From: an uncultured Nitrospiraceae bacterium | Lineage (GTDB): Bacteria; Nitrospirota; Nitrospiria; Nitrospirales; Nitrospiraceae | Length of the DNA stretch: 64,000 nt | Assembly: GCA_963706325.1 (NCBI GenBank) | Contig: CAVPLT010000001.1 | Span: 736,001-800,000 of the forward strand | Direction of reading: 5' to 3' | Shown: one piece after another, positions 32,308 through 42,794 of the stretch | Numbering within the stretch: position 1 is the first letter of the stretch | Layout of the letters: every line of letters starts with the position of its first letter | Made by a program: the position numbers and the translations under genes | Notes under the pieces: generated by a model | Seen by the model: only the letters and a program-made list of their open reading frames with translations | Told to the model about the DNA's origin: nothing | Database searches by the model: none

Positions 32308-33210
32308 CTAAGGCCCGGCGGGGGAATGAAACTGAAACCGGCTCCCCCCGTGATGCTTCGCGGTATACATGGCTCGATCGGCATGTCTCAGAAGTTCGTC
32401 GATATCTTGGTCGTCCATTGGGTACAGGGTGATTCCGATACTGGCGCCGATTGAGACAGGATGGGGGCCGATATCAAAGGGCACGCCAATCGACTCCACA
32501 ATTCGAGTTGCAACCACAGCCACATCTGCCTCCCCAGAGATGCCTTCAAGAATCGCAGTAAACTCATCCCCGCCCATGCGCGCGACCGTATCCACTTCGC
32601 GAACACATTCCGTGAGCCGCGTGGCGACGACCTTTAACAGCTGGTCCCCGGCATCGTGCCCTAGGGAGTCATTAACGGCTTTAAAGCGATCCAGATCGAG
32701 GAGCATGATCGCCAGAGGTTGATCCTTCCGTTTGCTGCGCGCCATGGCATGGACTAATCGATCACGGAAGAGAGTGCGATTGATCATGCCGGTTAGCTGA
32801 TCGTACTGGGCGAGGTAAGTCAGGCGTTCCTGGGCCCGTTTGCGTTCTATAGCATAGAGAATTGACCGTGCCAGAAAGTCCGCTCCGCCTTGTCCCTTCA
32901 CTAGATAATCCTGCGCTCCCTGTTGAATCGCCTGCAGCGCGAGCGGATGGTCATCGTGTCCGCTCAACACGACGACCGGTACGCCGGGGCTTGTGGCTAG
33001 TACTTGTGTGACTGTGCTGAGACCATCGGTATCAGGGAGCGAAAGATCGAGGAGGACGACATCAAACCGACCACGGCTGAGTTTGACCAAGCCCTCCGCC
33101 AAAACGGAGGCATGAGAAATCTCGAATTGGTCGTGGGTCCATTCGGCAAGGAGATCTTGCGTGAGCTGGGCATCAACGGGATTATCTTCAACCAGAAGGA
33201 CTTTGATCAT
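32308..33210 (-). CDS. REC-GGDEF diguanylate cyclase
   Basis: LLVEDN, LLDLSLPD receiver; DLDRFKAVND, REVD I-site, GGDEF intact. Confidence 0.93.
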   Translation of the reverse strand: MIKVLLVEDNPVDAQLTQDLLAEWTHDQFEISHASVLAEGLVKLSRGRFDVVLLDLSLPDTDGLSTVTQVLATSPGVPVVVLSGHDDHPLALQAIQQGAQDYLVKGQGGADFLARSILYAIERKRAQERLTYLAQYDQLTGMINRTLFRDRLVHAMARSKRKDQPLAIMLLDLDRFKAVNDSLGHDAGDQLLKVVATRLTECVREVDTVARMGGDEFTAILEGISGEADVAVVATRIVESIGVPFDIGPHPVSIGASIGITLYPMDDQDIDELLRHADRAMYTAKHHGGSRFQFHSPAGP

Positions 33211-35231
33211 GGCTTGTCATTCTGGAGTCTGACGAGAGATGGTTCCGTCGTATCGTCTGGTAATAAGTAAGGGGGATAAAGTTTCATTGGAGCACATGGT
33301 TGGAAGGATGATGGTGAAATGTTCATCGTGTATGTGGTCAGACTGGTCTGATGCGGCAGCGTGGGACATCCCCTGAGTTGAAGAACGCTCGACCTGCGTC
33401 CGGCTTGAAAGGAATTCTAACATTTCATCTTGAAGCTTCAAGTAATAGCGCCCTTCCATCCGGTGGCACGGTTGGTTGCAATTGGTTTCCTCCGGATAAC
33501 CAGCAGCATTGGCTGAAAGATCCCATGAGTCGCCCATCCCACATTCACAGCCAGTGAGATCGCCTGGACAGACCCCATTTTAAATACCACGGCCAACCAA
33601 GTTGACTCCTGTCTTCATATTTCTCCGCAGCCTCGCTTCGATCACAAGGCGCGCTTCCGTGGCTCAAGCGGGCCTGCTCTAGATCGCTGATTCTTCTAAG
33701 CCGGGAGCGAACTATGGTTCTGTCTGGGCAGACGGCATTCTGGCGAAGCGCGAATGTCAGGCGGGCCGGCGATTTCGACCTGTGAACTCTCAGTGCGGCC
33801 CCGGTCACATCGCGTATGCGTCGTAGAGGTAACGGAGGGTGATTGAGCAGTACGCGAAGCAGTGGCCCTATCTCCGGCGTTATGCTAGGCGGTGATCAAA
33901 CTGAGTCGGACTTAAATCCACCGCGATTCGAAGGCCTGGGCGATTGGGTTGCTACAAGGGATTCCGGATATCGGGATCACGGCGATCAGAATTTATATGA
34001 TGGAGGACACAATCTTCGCGCTGCTCCCCGTGCCCTACGATACGCACTACATTGTTGAAGAGAATGTGCGCATAACTGCGCAGCTATGCAGTGCCGGTGA
34101 ATGACGGGGAGCGCTATCGGGCGATGCCTCCTTATCCTCAGCCGCGCGACTATCTTCGGAAAGTTAGGACCTGTTGCAAGAAATTGAATCGCGAGTGCAA
34201 GCAAGTCCTTGGAAGTCGGCCTGCCCCGCCATCCACTACAAGCCACCTCAGCACGCCGAGTCATGAAATAAAGATGAGCCCTGAGTCATCGCGTGAGCGT
34301 TATGTGAGCAAAGAGAGCCCGTCCATTTAGTGCGTCTTGCAGTGCCCTAATGAGTGCGACTGAAGAGGACTCGTCGGCCTCGACAAGCCCGCGATATTGT
34401 TGTTGGGCCACTACAAAAAATGCTCTGTGCTGTTCGGACGGCACGCCAATCCCTCTGGTCATCCCTCCCTAGAGCGTGTCGAACGTGCTGACAACGACCT
34501 TGTTCGTCAGATGTCCTGCCATGACCTTGCCGTCGTTCGTGCATCCTGAGGTTACAGAGCTGAGTCCGAATGTTTGACTGCCGAAAGTGGCGTCTGTTGC
34601 GTCATCATCACTTGGGGCGCAATATTCTTCGGAGTCTTGTAGTCCCAGGCCAGTCTCCCCAACCCGCATCCTGGGCCATTGTCCAGGTTCACGGCATAAT
34701 CCCCCGTGGTTTTGATGCTGACCATAATCACTGTGAGTGCAATACACCATCGTCTCTTAATGCAGTCACCTTTTCTGTCGGCTCACATCCCGAATTAAGA
34801 GAAATCATGCTGGGGCTGCAGACGCTTCTCCATACGTAATCATCTTTTTTGGGTTATCCATTTGAATTCCCATTCATTCACGTCCAAAACTGAGTGGTTT
34901 GGGCGAAAGGTCGATCCAGGTGGGCAGGCCAAGTGAGGAATCAGCTCAGTGCTCCTACGATTCTCGGTATGATTGGATAGCGGACGGATGTATTTTGCAA
35001 TCTAAGTATCAATACAGGGCGTAAACCATGCAAATTCGTGCCTCAAGCATCTGGTCCGTAAGGGTGCACCTGTGTACCGTCACGCAGTCCTAGACCAGTC
35101 ATAATGTCCCACGCTAGCTGCTGCCCCTCCTCCGTACTCCATCGGGATAGGTCCTCTGCGGCATAGGCAGATTGGCCGTCTCCGGCTACGATTGAAACAT
35201 AAGCGTCACAGAGACAGAGGAAGGAAGGTAG

Positions 35232-35549
35232 ATGAGTGCAGAGATCATGTTTCGAGCGGACTTCAGGCCGGTTGCCGCAGAGACGCTTTCGGAACATACG
35301 GGCTGCGTACAATCTCTCTCTTCCAGCGCATGTACGATTTTCGCTCGATGCCAACCCCAGCCTGGAGCATAGGTTGAGATGCGATTGTACCTGCCGAGTG
35401 AGGCATGGCCGATTCGAGTGGACCACGCTAAGGTGACGTGGGGATATTGGGATTCGTTTACTGTGGAGTTTTTTGATCTGCCGGCTGGCGACCAGGAGCG
35501 TCTAGAAGGTTATCCCTCGGTGGCGACCGCTCCTGCGGCGATATTCTGA
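35232..35549 (+). pseudogene. PilZ-like gene with one in-frame TAG at 35370-35372 (not in ORF track)
   Basis: AAGGAAGG SD; MSAEIMF...TGCVQSLSSSACTI...PQPGA*VEMRLYLPSEAWPIRVDHAKVTWGYWDSFTVEFFDLPAGDQERLEGY aligns by eye with the neighbouring PilZ. Confidence 0.65.
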
Positions 35550-35592
35550 GTTAGTTGTACTCCACCCTGACACATACGACAAGGAGGCTAAT

Positions 35593-35949
35593 GTGAAGAC
35601 ACGCTACAGTGCGCGAAAGAACGCTACATGTAAGGTGACGCTCTCATGCGGCGAACGAGTGGGGGAAGGATCGGTGGTGGATCTAACGGTGCCTGGATGT
35701 CAATTGGAAACCCCTCTGCTACTAGAACCCGGACAGGGCGTCCAGCTTCGAGTCCATCTCGACAATCATCATCCGATGCGTATTGATCTCGGCATCGTGC
35801 GATGGACGAAAGGCGGCAAGGCGGGCGTTGAGTTTATCCGCATGGCCGAGTTGGACCAAATTCGTCTGCGTTTTTATGTCGGGTATATCGAGAAACGATC
35901 GCGGTCAAGTAAGAGTTGGGGCGAGGCGCCAATGTGTGTAGGCTTTTGA
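35593..35949 (+). CDS. PilZ-domain protein
   Basis: AAGGAGG SD; RYSAR, GEGSVVDLTVPGC, IVRW, AGVEF. Confidence 0.85.
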   Translation: MKTRYSARKNATCKVTLSCGERVGEGSVVDLTVPGCQLETPLLLEPGQGVQLRVHLDNHHPMRIDLGIVRWTKGGKAGVEFIRMAELDQIRLRFYVGYIEKRSRSSKSWGEAPMCVGF

Positions 35950-36002
35950 GAGGCATCTAAAACTCAGTCCGCTGCCCTCTGGTTTCGGGAGAACGATGAA
36001 AA

Positions 36003-36374
36003 ATGAAAGATCGTGCAGAGATGTTCCTCAATGCTAAAGTAAAGACGCTGATACGTCATCTGGTGATGTCATTTCCGCATGCCGCCATTCTGTCTCGTCC
36101 AGTTGAGGATAGGTACCATCTCTTCCTCATCGTGCCGTATGGCGCTGTTCCCGAAAAATCCATACGAGTAGAAAGAACCCTCCTCGTCGAGCGGCATCCA
36201 TCTGTGCATGACTTTATCTTCCTGCTAGACAGGCTCAAGCTCACTTCTTTTCTCGAGAGCCATGATCGGTACGATCTCACTCATGGCAGGTGGAGCCAGC
36301 AAATCAGAGTGGGCGAGACTTCGGTCATCGCACCTTCAGATCAACAGATGCTAACCCAACGTCTAGAGGTCTAA
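36003..36374 (+). CDS. Hypothetical protein
   Basis: 123-aa ORF downstream of PilZ on the same strand, GGAG upstream. Confidence 0.45.
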   Translation: MKDRAEMFLNAKVKTLIRHLVMSFPHAAILSRPVEDRYHLFLIVPYGAVPEKSIRVERTLLVERHPSVHDFIFLLDRLKLTSFLESHDRYDLTHGRWSQQIRVGETSVIAPSDQQMLTQRLEV

Positions 36375-36829
36375 GACTGACGCCGCTCAATGGGCTTCTA
36401 ATCAGTCGTAGTTCGCTGTTGAGATTGATCCACTACCTCCGCCTTGAGCTCTCCGGACTTGCACATCGCAAAACGGGGACGCTGGTTGTCCGGGTAAGCA
36501 CTCCGCGAATAACCCTCCCTACCAGGAGATGTGTAGGTGTCGCACTCATACCCCACGCCGACGGTCTCCAGACCGCCAGCATGAGACACCAGATAGGTAT
36601 GCTCTCCGTGAATGGGGGAGCTGTAACGGCTGTAACCCTCCGATGGGTACAATCTAGAGATAAGGAGATTCTCCCAATACACGCCTTTAACGGCGTGAGC
36701 CACTGTCTGGCTATGAACCAGAGTGATTGTGAGGTTACGTTCCGCCGCTTGGCAAACTCTGAGGAAATTTTCTTCCCGAGTGACTATTCTTTGAGTTTCA
36801 GTTCCGCTCGCTTTGTGGGGGTCATGGGA

Positions 36830-37027
36830 TCACTGACATTCTGATGTGTAAATGTCTAAAGCAGATTCTGCCGCACCATTCCAGCTCAGAGCAGATACCC
36901 CCCGCGTCTTTACCTCTTGGTTGTTGCAGCGCACGCAGGTCCGAGGCTTCTGTCCTGGCTGAATGCGTGGACTCTGCCTAATGTTGCTGCCGCGGAATGG
37001 ACATTTTTCACTCGACGGCTTGGTCAT
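36830..37027 (-). CDS. Possible small protein (65 aa)
   Basis: Strong GGAGGT SD before ATG; CPFRGS...CVRC motifs. Confidence 0.35.
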   Translation of the reverse strand: MTKPSSEKCPFRGSNIRQSPRIQPGQKPRTCVRCNNQEVKTRGVSALSWNGAAESALDIYTSECQ

Positions 37028-37077
37028 GGGGTACCTCCCATGGGGATCGAGCTGCCGGAGTGGCCTTATGAAACGTC

Positions 37078-37314
37078 TCACTTCATTTTCCGCAGCAGTC
37101 CTCTCAAATTGTCTTTGATGCCGAGTCCGCGGGCCAGCGACCGAACCTTTCTGAAGAGTATTAATCCTGAAATGAGGAAAAAGATAAAGATCGCCAACGA
37201 AATATAGAAAAGGATTTTCGCGATATGCGAGGCGTCGGCAGAAATGTCGGTGAAACCAAATGCGGCCGCAATGATCGCAATCAGAAGGAATATTGCAGCC
37301 CACATGAAAAACAT
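37078..37314 (-). CDS. DUF1328/UPF0391 small membrane protein
   Basis: WAAIFLLIAIIAAAFGFTDISADASHIAKILF; GGAGGT SD. Confidence 0.85.
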   Translation of the reverse strand: MFFMWAAIFLLIAIIAAAFGFTDISADASHIAKILFYISLAIFIFFLISGLILFRKVRSLARGLGIKDNLRGLLRKMK

Positions 37315-37348
37315 GAGCACCTCCCGACAAGTGGTGACGTTAGGGCAG

Positions 37349-37579
37349 TCACTTCTGCCTTTTTGCGGCTTTTCTGAACGCTTTGGATAAAGCCGGAGGA
37401 TTTTTTATCGCCATCTCATCGTTCAGGTCCTCATCGATCTCTTCGCCGTCGGTCAGTCGCTTGCGCGTGACCTGTAACTTCCAGACTTCTCTCGACAGTT
37501 GGCGGAGGATCTCCTCGATCCTGGACAGTTGATTAGAGGCTTTTTTCTTCATTCGATGATTTCGCGCTATATGGGGCAT
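37349..37579 (-). CDS. Small basic hypothetical protein (alternative start 37552)
   Basis: TAATG coupling to upstream gene; MKKKASNQLSRIEEILRQL resembles neighbour. Confidence 0.55.
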   Translation of the reverse strand: MPHIARNHRMKKKASNQLSRIEEILRQLSREVWKLQVTRKRLTDGEEIDEDLNDEMAIKNPPALSKAFRKAAKRQK

Positions 37580-37788
37580 TACTTGGGAGTGCGTTGGTGT
37601 TTTTTTTCCAGCGATTTATGACCGATCTTGTCGATCGCTTTAGGCTTCGGGACGGGTGACACGGCGTCCTCGTCTGATCCACGTTGGGGGGACCGTGGGG
37701 GTGCCGGGTGTAATTGCCCCACCGCTTTGACCAACTCCTTGAGGGATTGCTCGATTCGGTCTAACCGATCACGGACTTTCTTTTTCAT
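37579..37788 (-). CDS. Small basic hypothetical protein
   Basis: GGGAGGGAG SD; MKKKVRDRLDRIEQSLKEL. Confidence 0.6.
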   Translation of the reverse strand: MKKKVRDRLDRIEQSLKELVKAVGQLHPAPPRSPQRGSDEDAVSPVPKPKAIDKIGHKSLEKKHQRTPK

Positions 37789-37914
37789 GCTCCCTCCCTA
37801 TTGGAAACCCTCAAGTAAGGTTCCCTCCATTGTGAAGGCGGACAGGAACACGGACAATTCAGCCGTTTCAGGAACATTCTCGATTATAAGGGTTGCGGAT
37901 GTGCTTGAAAAGGT

Positions 37915-37991
<77 letters not shown>

Positions 37992-38078
37992 ATCGGATAC
38001 TAACAGGCGTGTGAAATGAGAGTCAAGGAAAGCTGCGCGACAATTGCATTCGTGGGAGGAGAATGATAAAGCGTGACC

Positions 38079-39029
38079 ATGCGGATTGTATTCATGGGGA
38101 CACCGGACTTCGCGGTGCCGTCGCTCGAAGCGTTGCTCAAGTCAGACGACCAGGTGGTTGGAGTAGTCACGCAGCCTGATCGACCAAAGGGTCGGGGACA
38201 AGCGGTCATTCCATCACCGATAAAAGTCGTCTGCCAGCGCGAAGGAATCCCGATGCTGCAACCGCTTAAGATGAAGGCACCTGAATTTATGGAGGCGTTG
38301 CGGCAGTGGAAGCCGGATGTCGTTGCCGTCACGGCGTTTGGTCGCATTCTCCCGCCGGCGATTCTAGCGCTTCCGCCTCGAGGCTGCATCAACGTGCATG
38401 GATCGCTCTTGCCGAAGTATCGCGGCGCAGGTCCCGTCCAGTGGGCTGTCATCAATGGTGAACGAGAAACCGGCATCACGACCATGATGATGGATGAAGG
38501 CATGGATACTGGTAACATGTTGTTGCAGGAGCGGGTGGTGATTCGACCTGATGATACTGCCGGCACGCTTGCGTTGCGGCTGGGCGAAGTGGGGGGACGG
38601 TTGCTGGTGGACACATTACGTCAGCTCAAGGCAGGGACGCTCAACCCTCAACCACAGGACCCTTCACTGGCGACCATGGCGCCCTTACTCAAGAAAGAGG
38701 ATGGCCTGATTGATTGGACGTTGCCAGCCCCGGATATTGCGAATCGCGTGCGTGGGTTATTGCCCTGGCCTGGAGCCTATACCTATGTGAACGGCGAACG
38801 ATGGGTTTTGTGGCGCGTGGCTGTCAGTGAGGGGTTTCCGGGCGCGGTTGCCGGGACAGTCACCCAAGTGACTAAAGATAAAATCGAGGTGGCGACTGGC
38901 CGCGGGACCATCCAAATTGTCGAAATCCAGCCATCCAATAGTCGGCACATGACGATGACCCAGTATCTAGCCGGCCATCGCCTGACCCAAGGAATCAGTC
39001 TGCAGGCCCATCCCCCAGCGAAAGGTTGA
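38079..39029 (+). CDS. fmt: Methionyl-tRNA formyltransferase
   Basis: MRIVFMGTPDFA, TQPDRPKGRG, NVHGSLLPKYRGAGP. Confidence 0.97.
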   Translation: MRIVFMGTPDFAVPSLEALLKSDDQVVGVVTQPDRPKGRGQAVIPSPIKVVCQREGIPMLQPLKMKAPEFMEALRQWKPDVVAVTAFGRILPPAILALPPRGCINVHGSLLPKYRGAGPVQWAVINGERETGITTMMMDEGMDTGNMLLQERVVIRPDDTAGTLALRLGEVGGRLLVDTLRQLKAGTLNPQPQDPSLATMAPLLKKEDGLIDWTLPAPDIANRVRGLLPWPGAYTYVNGERWVLWRVAVSEGFPGAVAGTVTQVTKDKIEVATGRGTIQIVEIQPSNSRHMTMTQYLAGHRLTQGISLQAHPPAKG

Positions 39030-39102
39030 CGACCGACCGAGTCACCGATACGTTGCTCGCAATCTTCCTTGTCTATGCCCCCATCCAATAGCGTCTGACC
39101 AT

Positions 39103-40506
39103 ATGCCACAATTATCCGCTACGGCCAAACCATCAGGACGGCGCGCCGCGACGAAGGCCTTGCTTGCAATCGATAAAGCGGGCCTTCTGCCGGGCGACTT
39201 GTTCGACAAGATTGTCGAGAGAGAATCATTAGATCAGCGAGAGCGGGCCTTCATGGTGGAATTGGTGCGTGGCGTTTTACGCTATCGCGGGACGCTCGAT
39301 TGGCGACTAGGATTGCTAATGGATCGACCGATCGCGCGACTGCCTGCGCTCGTCCAGAACATCCTCCGTCTCGGCGCCTATCAACTGCTGTATTTGGACA
39401 AAGTCCCAGAGTCGGCGGCTGTCAATGAGTCTGTGCAGATGATGAAACTGCACCGGAAGCGGTTCAGTCGCGATTGGAGTGGACTCGTCAATGCGGTACT
39501 GAGAGCCTTGCTGAGGATGTCGGAACCCAATTGGCCCGATGCTGCTCACGATCCTGTTGAGGCCTTCACTGTTCGTTATTCTTGTCCGGCGTGGCTCGTC
39601 GAACGCTGGTGTCGACAGTGGGGGATTGAACAAGCGGAGATCTTGTGTCGCGCTTCGGTGGAGCTACCTCCGCTGACGTTGCGGGTTAATGCGCTCCGGA
39701 CATCCCGCAAGGGGATGCTGGATGAACTGGCGGCGGCTCAGAGAGAAGCCATTCCGACAACGGTTAGTCCTGTGGGCATTCAGATGGCCCGCAGCAGTTC
39801 TGTCCCCGATCTTCCTCGCTATGACGATGGGTGGTTTTATGTGGAAGATGAAGCGGGGCAGCTCATTCCGCTATTGTTGGATGTGCAGCCTGGCCAGCGG
39901 GTGCTGGACGTTTGTGCCGCGCCTGGGGGAAAGGCGACACACCTTGCGGCGCTCATGGCCAATCAAGGCGAAATCATCGCGGTGGACCGGGCTGCCGCTC
40001 GCCTGGATCTGGTGATGGACAATTGTCGACGCCTCGGTGTAACCCTCGTGACACCGCTCGAAGGTGATTTACGTATGTTGATCACACAAGCACAGCGCTC
40101 CTCCACACAGTCGGCTCTGCGCCGTCCGTTCGATCGAATTCTCCTCGATGTTCCGTGCAGTGGGCTCGGTGTGTTGCGGCGCCATCCGGAAGGAAAGTGG
40201 TATAAAACTCCGGAATCGATCGGGCAACATAGGCAAACGCAGAGCGAGTTGCTTGCGGTGGCGAGCAGTCTCTTGCGACCCGGTGGGCTGTTGGTCTATA
40301 GTACCTGCTCAATTGAACCGGAAGAAACCGAATCGGTTATCGACGAATTTTGTCAGTTGCATCGCGAATTCCAGCGTGAATCAATCGCGTCATGGATACC
40401 GCCAGCCGGTCTGCCGTTCGTGACCCCGAGAGGGGACCTGTCTACGATGACCAATACGAACAAGATGGATGCGTTTTTTGCCGCTCGACTGCGGAGGTGT
40501 GAATAA
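39103..40506 (+). CDS. rsmB: 16S rRNA m5C967 methyltransferase
   Basis: NusB-like N-terminus; DVCAAPGGKA, DVPCSGLG, YSTCS. Confidence 0.93.
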   Translation: MPQLSATAKPSGRRAATKALLAIDKAGLLPGDLFDKIVERESLDQRERAFMVELVRGVLRYRGTLDWRLGLLMDRPIARLPALVQNILRLGAYQLLYLDKVPESAAVNESVQMMKLHRKRFSRDWSGLVNAVLRALLRMSEPNWPDAAHDPVEAFTVRYSCPAWLVERWCRQWGIEQAEILCRASVELPPLTLRVNALRTSRKGMLDELAAAQREAIPTTVSPVGIQMARSSSVPDLPRYDDGWFYVEDEAGQLIPLLLDVQPGQRVLDVCAAPGGKATHLAALMANQGEIIAVDRAAARLDLVMDNCRRLGVTLVTPLEGDLRMLITQAQRSSTQSALRRPFDRILLDVPCSGLGVLRRHPEGKWYKTPESIGQHRQTQSELLAVASSLLRPGGLLVYSTCSIEPEETESVIDEFCQLHREFQRESIASWIPPAGLPFVTPRGDLSTMTNTNKMDAFFAARLRRCE

Positions 40507-41210
40507 TGGCCGGCCGGACCGTCCGTATTGCGCCGTCTATTCTATCGGCGGACTTTGCCCGTCTCGCAGAAGAGGTGACGCGGGTCGAGCAAGCTGGTGC
40601 TGACTGGCTGCATATCGATGTCATGGATGGACACTTTGTGCCGAATATGACTGTCGGTCCTCTGATCGTCGAAGCCGTGCGAAAGGTCACCACGCTGCCC
40701 TTGGATGTGCATATGATGATCACCAACCCGGATGCTTTCATCGGTGAATTCGCCGATGCGGGCGCCGATTATTTGACGGTCCATGTCGAAACTTGTCCGC
40801 ATTTGCATCGCACGATTCAATCGATCAAAGAGCGGGGCGTCAAAGCGGGCGTAACGCTGAATCCTGCGACGCCCGCCGTCATGTTGACAGAAATTATTCG
40901 CGACGCCGATCTTATTCTCGTCATGTCGGTGAGCCCTGGGTTTGGAGGCCAGAAATTTATTCCGTCGTCATTGGAAAAGATTGCCGAGGTGCGCACGATG
41001 ATCGACCGCGTGAATAGTCGGGCGCTTCTTGAAGTCGACGGGGGAGTCAAGCCAGACAATGTGGAAGAGATTTTGGCCGCAGGCGCAGAGGTGCTGGTCG
41101 CAGGATCAGCGGTATTCTCAACCGATGACTATGCCGCAGCCATTACGGCGTTGAGAGCCGGACGCCCACCCGCCGCGAGCACCAGTGGCATGGCCACAGC
41201 TCAGCGATAG
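40506..41210 (+). CDS. rpe: Ribulose-phosphate 3-epimerase
   Basis: IAPSILSADF, HIDVMDGHFVPN, PGFGGQ, EVDGG. Confidence 0.97.
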   Translation: MAGRTVRIAPSILSADFARLAEEVTRVEQAGADWLHIDVMDGHFVPNMTVGPLIVEAVRKVTTLPLDVHMMITNPDAFIGEFADAGADYLTVHVETCPHLHRTIQSIKERGVKAGVTLNPATPAVMLTEIIRDADLILVMSVSPGFGGQKFIPSSLEKIAEVRTMIDRVNSRALLEVDGGVKPDNVEEILAAGAEVLVAGSAVFSTDDYAAAITALRAGRPPAASTSGMATAQR

Positions 41211-41237
41211 AAGAGGCGTCAGACCGCACCGTGGTTC

Positions 41238-42782
41238 ATGGATAACCTTCACCCCCTGGAATGCAGCGTGTTGCTGGCGCTGAGCCGGGAGGCAGACTCG
41301 CCCTCCACGCTTGATCAACTTACCAAGTCCACCGGGTTGGATCCTTCCCAGCTGAGCATGGCTGTGGAATGGCTGCTGGCTAAATCATTGATTGCCATCC
41401 ATGCAGAAACGGTTGCGCATCTCGCCTCATTGACGCCGGTCGGCGAATTATACTTTGAGCAGTTTTCCCCCATTGAACGTGTCCTGTCGGCAGCCCGAGA
41501 GGCCGGCCAGACCGGAAAACGCCTCACGATCCAGGATATTCAGGCCAAGGAAGGCCTCGAACCGTCGGATGTGAGCAAGGCGGTGGGAAGCCTCAAAAAA
41601 GAAGGCGCGGTCCTGATTGTGCAGGGTGGGTGCGTCGAAAGTACCGGCCGCACAAGTCCAACGGCTGAGGCGATGCGGACCCTGTTGCAGGAGTTACGGA
41701 GTGGGCAACGGGAACTGCACACATTTGCTGAACCTCTGCGGACTGTGCTCCAGCAGCATGCGGTGAAGCGCGGGAATGCGCGTGAGCCGTTCAGAATCGA
41801 TGAGCGGGTCACGCGCTCATTTGTGCTGACCTCTGATGGACAGTCTTCGGCTCAGCGCCTGTTGCGCGATGGGGTGGCGGAAGAAGTGTCTCAGCTGACG
41901 CCCGAGCTTCTCAAGGAAGGTGCGTGGCGGAATAAGCGATTCCGGAAATATACGATCAGTTTGCGCGCTCCGAGGATTGCTGCGGGGAAGCGGCACCCCT
42001 ACCGTGAGTTTCTCGATCTCGTCAAGATGAAGCTTGTCAGCATGGGGTTTCAAGAAATGCGAGGAACGCTTGTCGAAACCGAGTTCTGGAATATGGATGC
42101 GTTGTTCATGCCGCAATTCCACCCGGCGCGCGATATTCACGATGTGTATTTTGTAAAGAAACCGACCCACGCTACCACCATTGACGAGCCCTACTTGACG
42201 CAGGTCGCGCAAGTGCATGAGAAGGGGACGGGGGCCGGATCGACTGGTTGGGGTTATACATTCAACGCCGAACGCGCGAAGCGCCTGGTTCTGCGGAGTC
42301 AAGGGACGGCGGTGTCCGCGCACACGTTGGCCGGAGGCGCGTCCGTTCCGGGAAAGTATTTCTCGATCGCCCGATGTTTTCGATACGATCAGGTCGATGC
42401 CACTCATGCCACCGATTTTTTTCAGGTTGAAGGAATTGTGTTGGGCGCGGATATCAACTTTCGGACCTTGCTCGGATTGCTTAACTTGTTCGCACGGGAA
42501 GTAGCGCAAGCCAAAGAGGTCAAATTTCTTCCAGCCTACTTTCCCTTCACCGAGCCCTCAGTCGAAATGCACGTGCGGCATCCTAAATTGGGATGGATGG
42601 AATTGGGCGGTGCCGGTTTGTTTCGCCCGGAGGTGACGACTCCCCTGGGGGTGTCTGTTCCGGTCATTGCTTGGGGGCTTGGGCTCGATCGCATGGCTAT
42701 GGTGGCCCTCGGTATCCACGACATCCGTGATTTGTTCTCCACGGATCTGGACTTTATTCGCACCATGCGGGGCAGTTTTTAG
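41238..42782 (+). CDS. pheS: Phenylalanine-tRNA ligase alpha, long archaeal/eukaryotic type
   Basis: 514 aa; FWNMDALFMPQFHPARD, YFPFTEPS, WMELGGAGLFRPEV, AWGLGLDR. Confidence 0.95.
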   Translation: MDNLHPLECSVLLALSREADSPSTLDQLTKSTGLDPSQLSMAVEWLLAKSLIAIHAETVAHLASLTPVGELYFEQFSPIERVLSAAREAGQTGKRLTIQDIQAKEGLEPSDVSKAVGSLKKEGAVLIVQGGCVESTGRTSPTAEAMRTLLQELRSGQRELHTFAEPLRTVLQQHAVKRGNAREPFRIDERVTRSFVLTSDGQSSAQRLLRDGVAEEVSQLTPELLKEGAWRNKRFRKYTISLRAPRIAAGKRHPYREFLDLVKMKLVSMGFQEMRGTLVETEFWNMDALFMPQFHPARDIHDVYFVKKPTHATTIDEPYLTQVAQVHEKGTGAGSTGWGYTFNAERAKRLVLRSQGTAVSAHTLAGGASVPGKYFSIARCFRYDQVDATHATDFFQVEGIVLGADINFRTLLGLLNLFAREVAQAKEVKFLPAYFPFTEPSVEMHVRHPKLGWMELGGAGLFRPEVTTPLGVSVPVIAWGLGLDRMAMVALGIHDIRDLFSTDLDFIRTMRGSF

Positions 42783-42794
42783 GACGATTACACG

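Noticed and set aside
33464..33480. TGGCACGGTTGGTTGCA sigma54-like motif
   Set aside because: GG-to-GC spacing is 11, not 10, and no gene follows; a similar motif near 35030 has spacing 9
36398..36703. 101-aa minus-strand ORF with EGYSR twice
   Set aside because: The repeat is only about 9 nt, with no SD or family signal
33211..37914. Prophage or integrative element at tRNA-fMet
   Set aside because: No integrase, phage gene or duplicated tRNA 3' end was recognised
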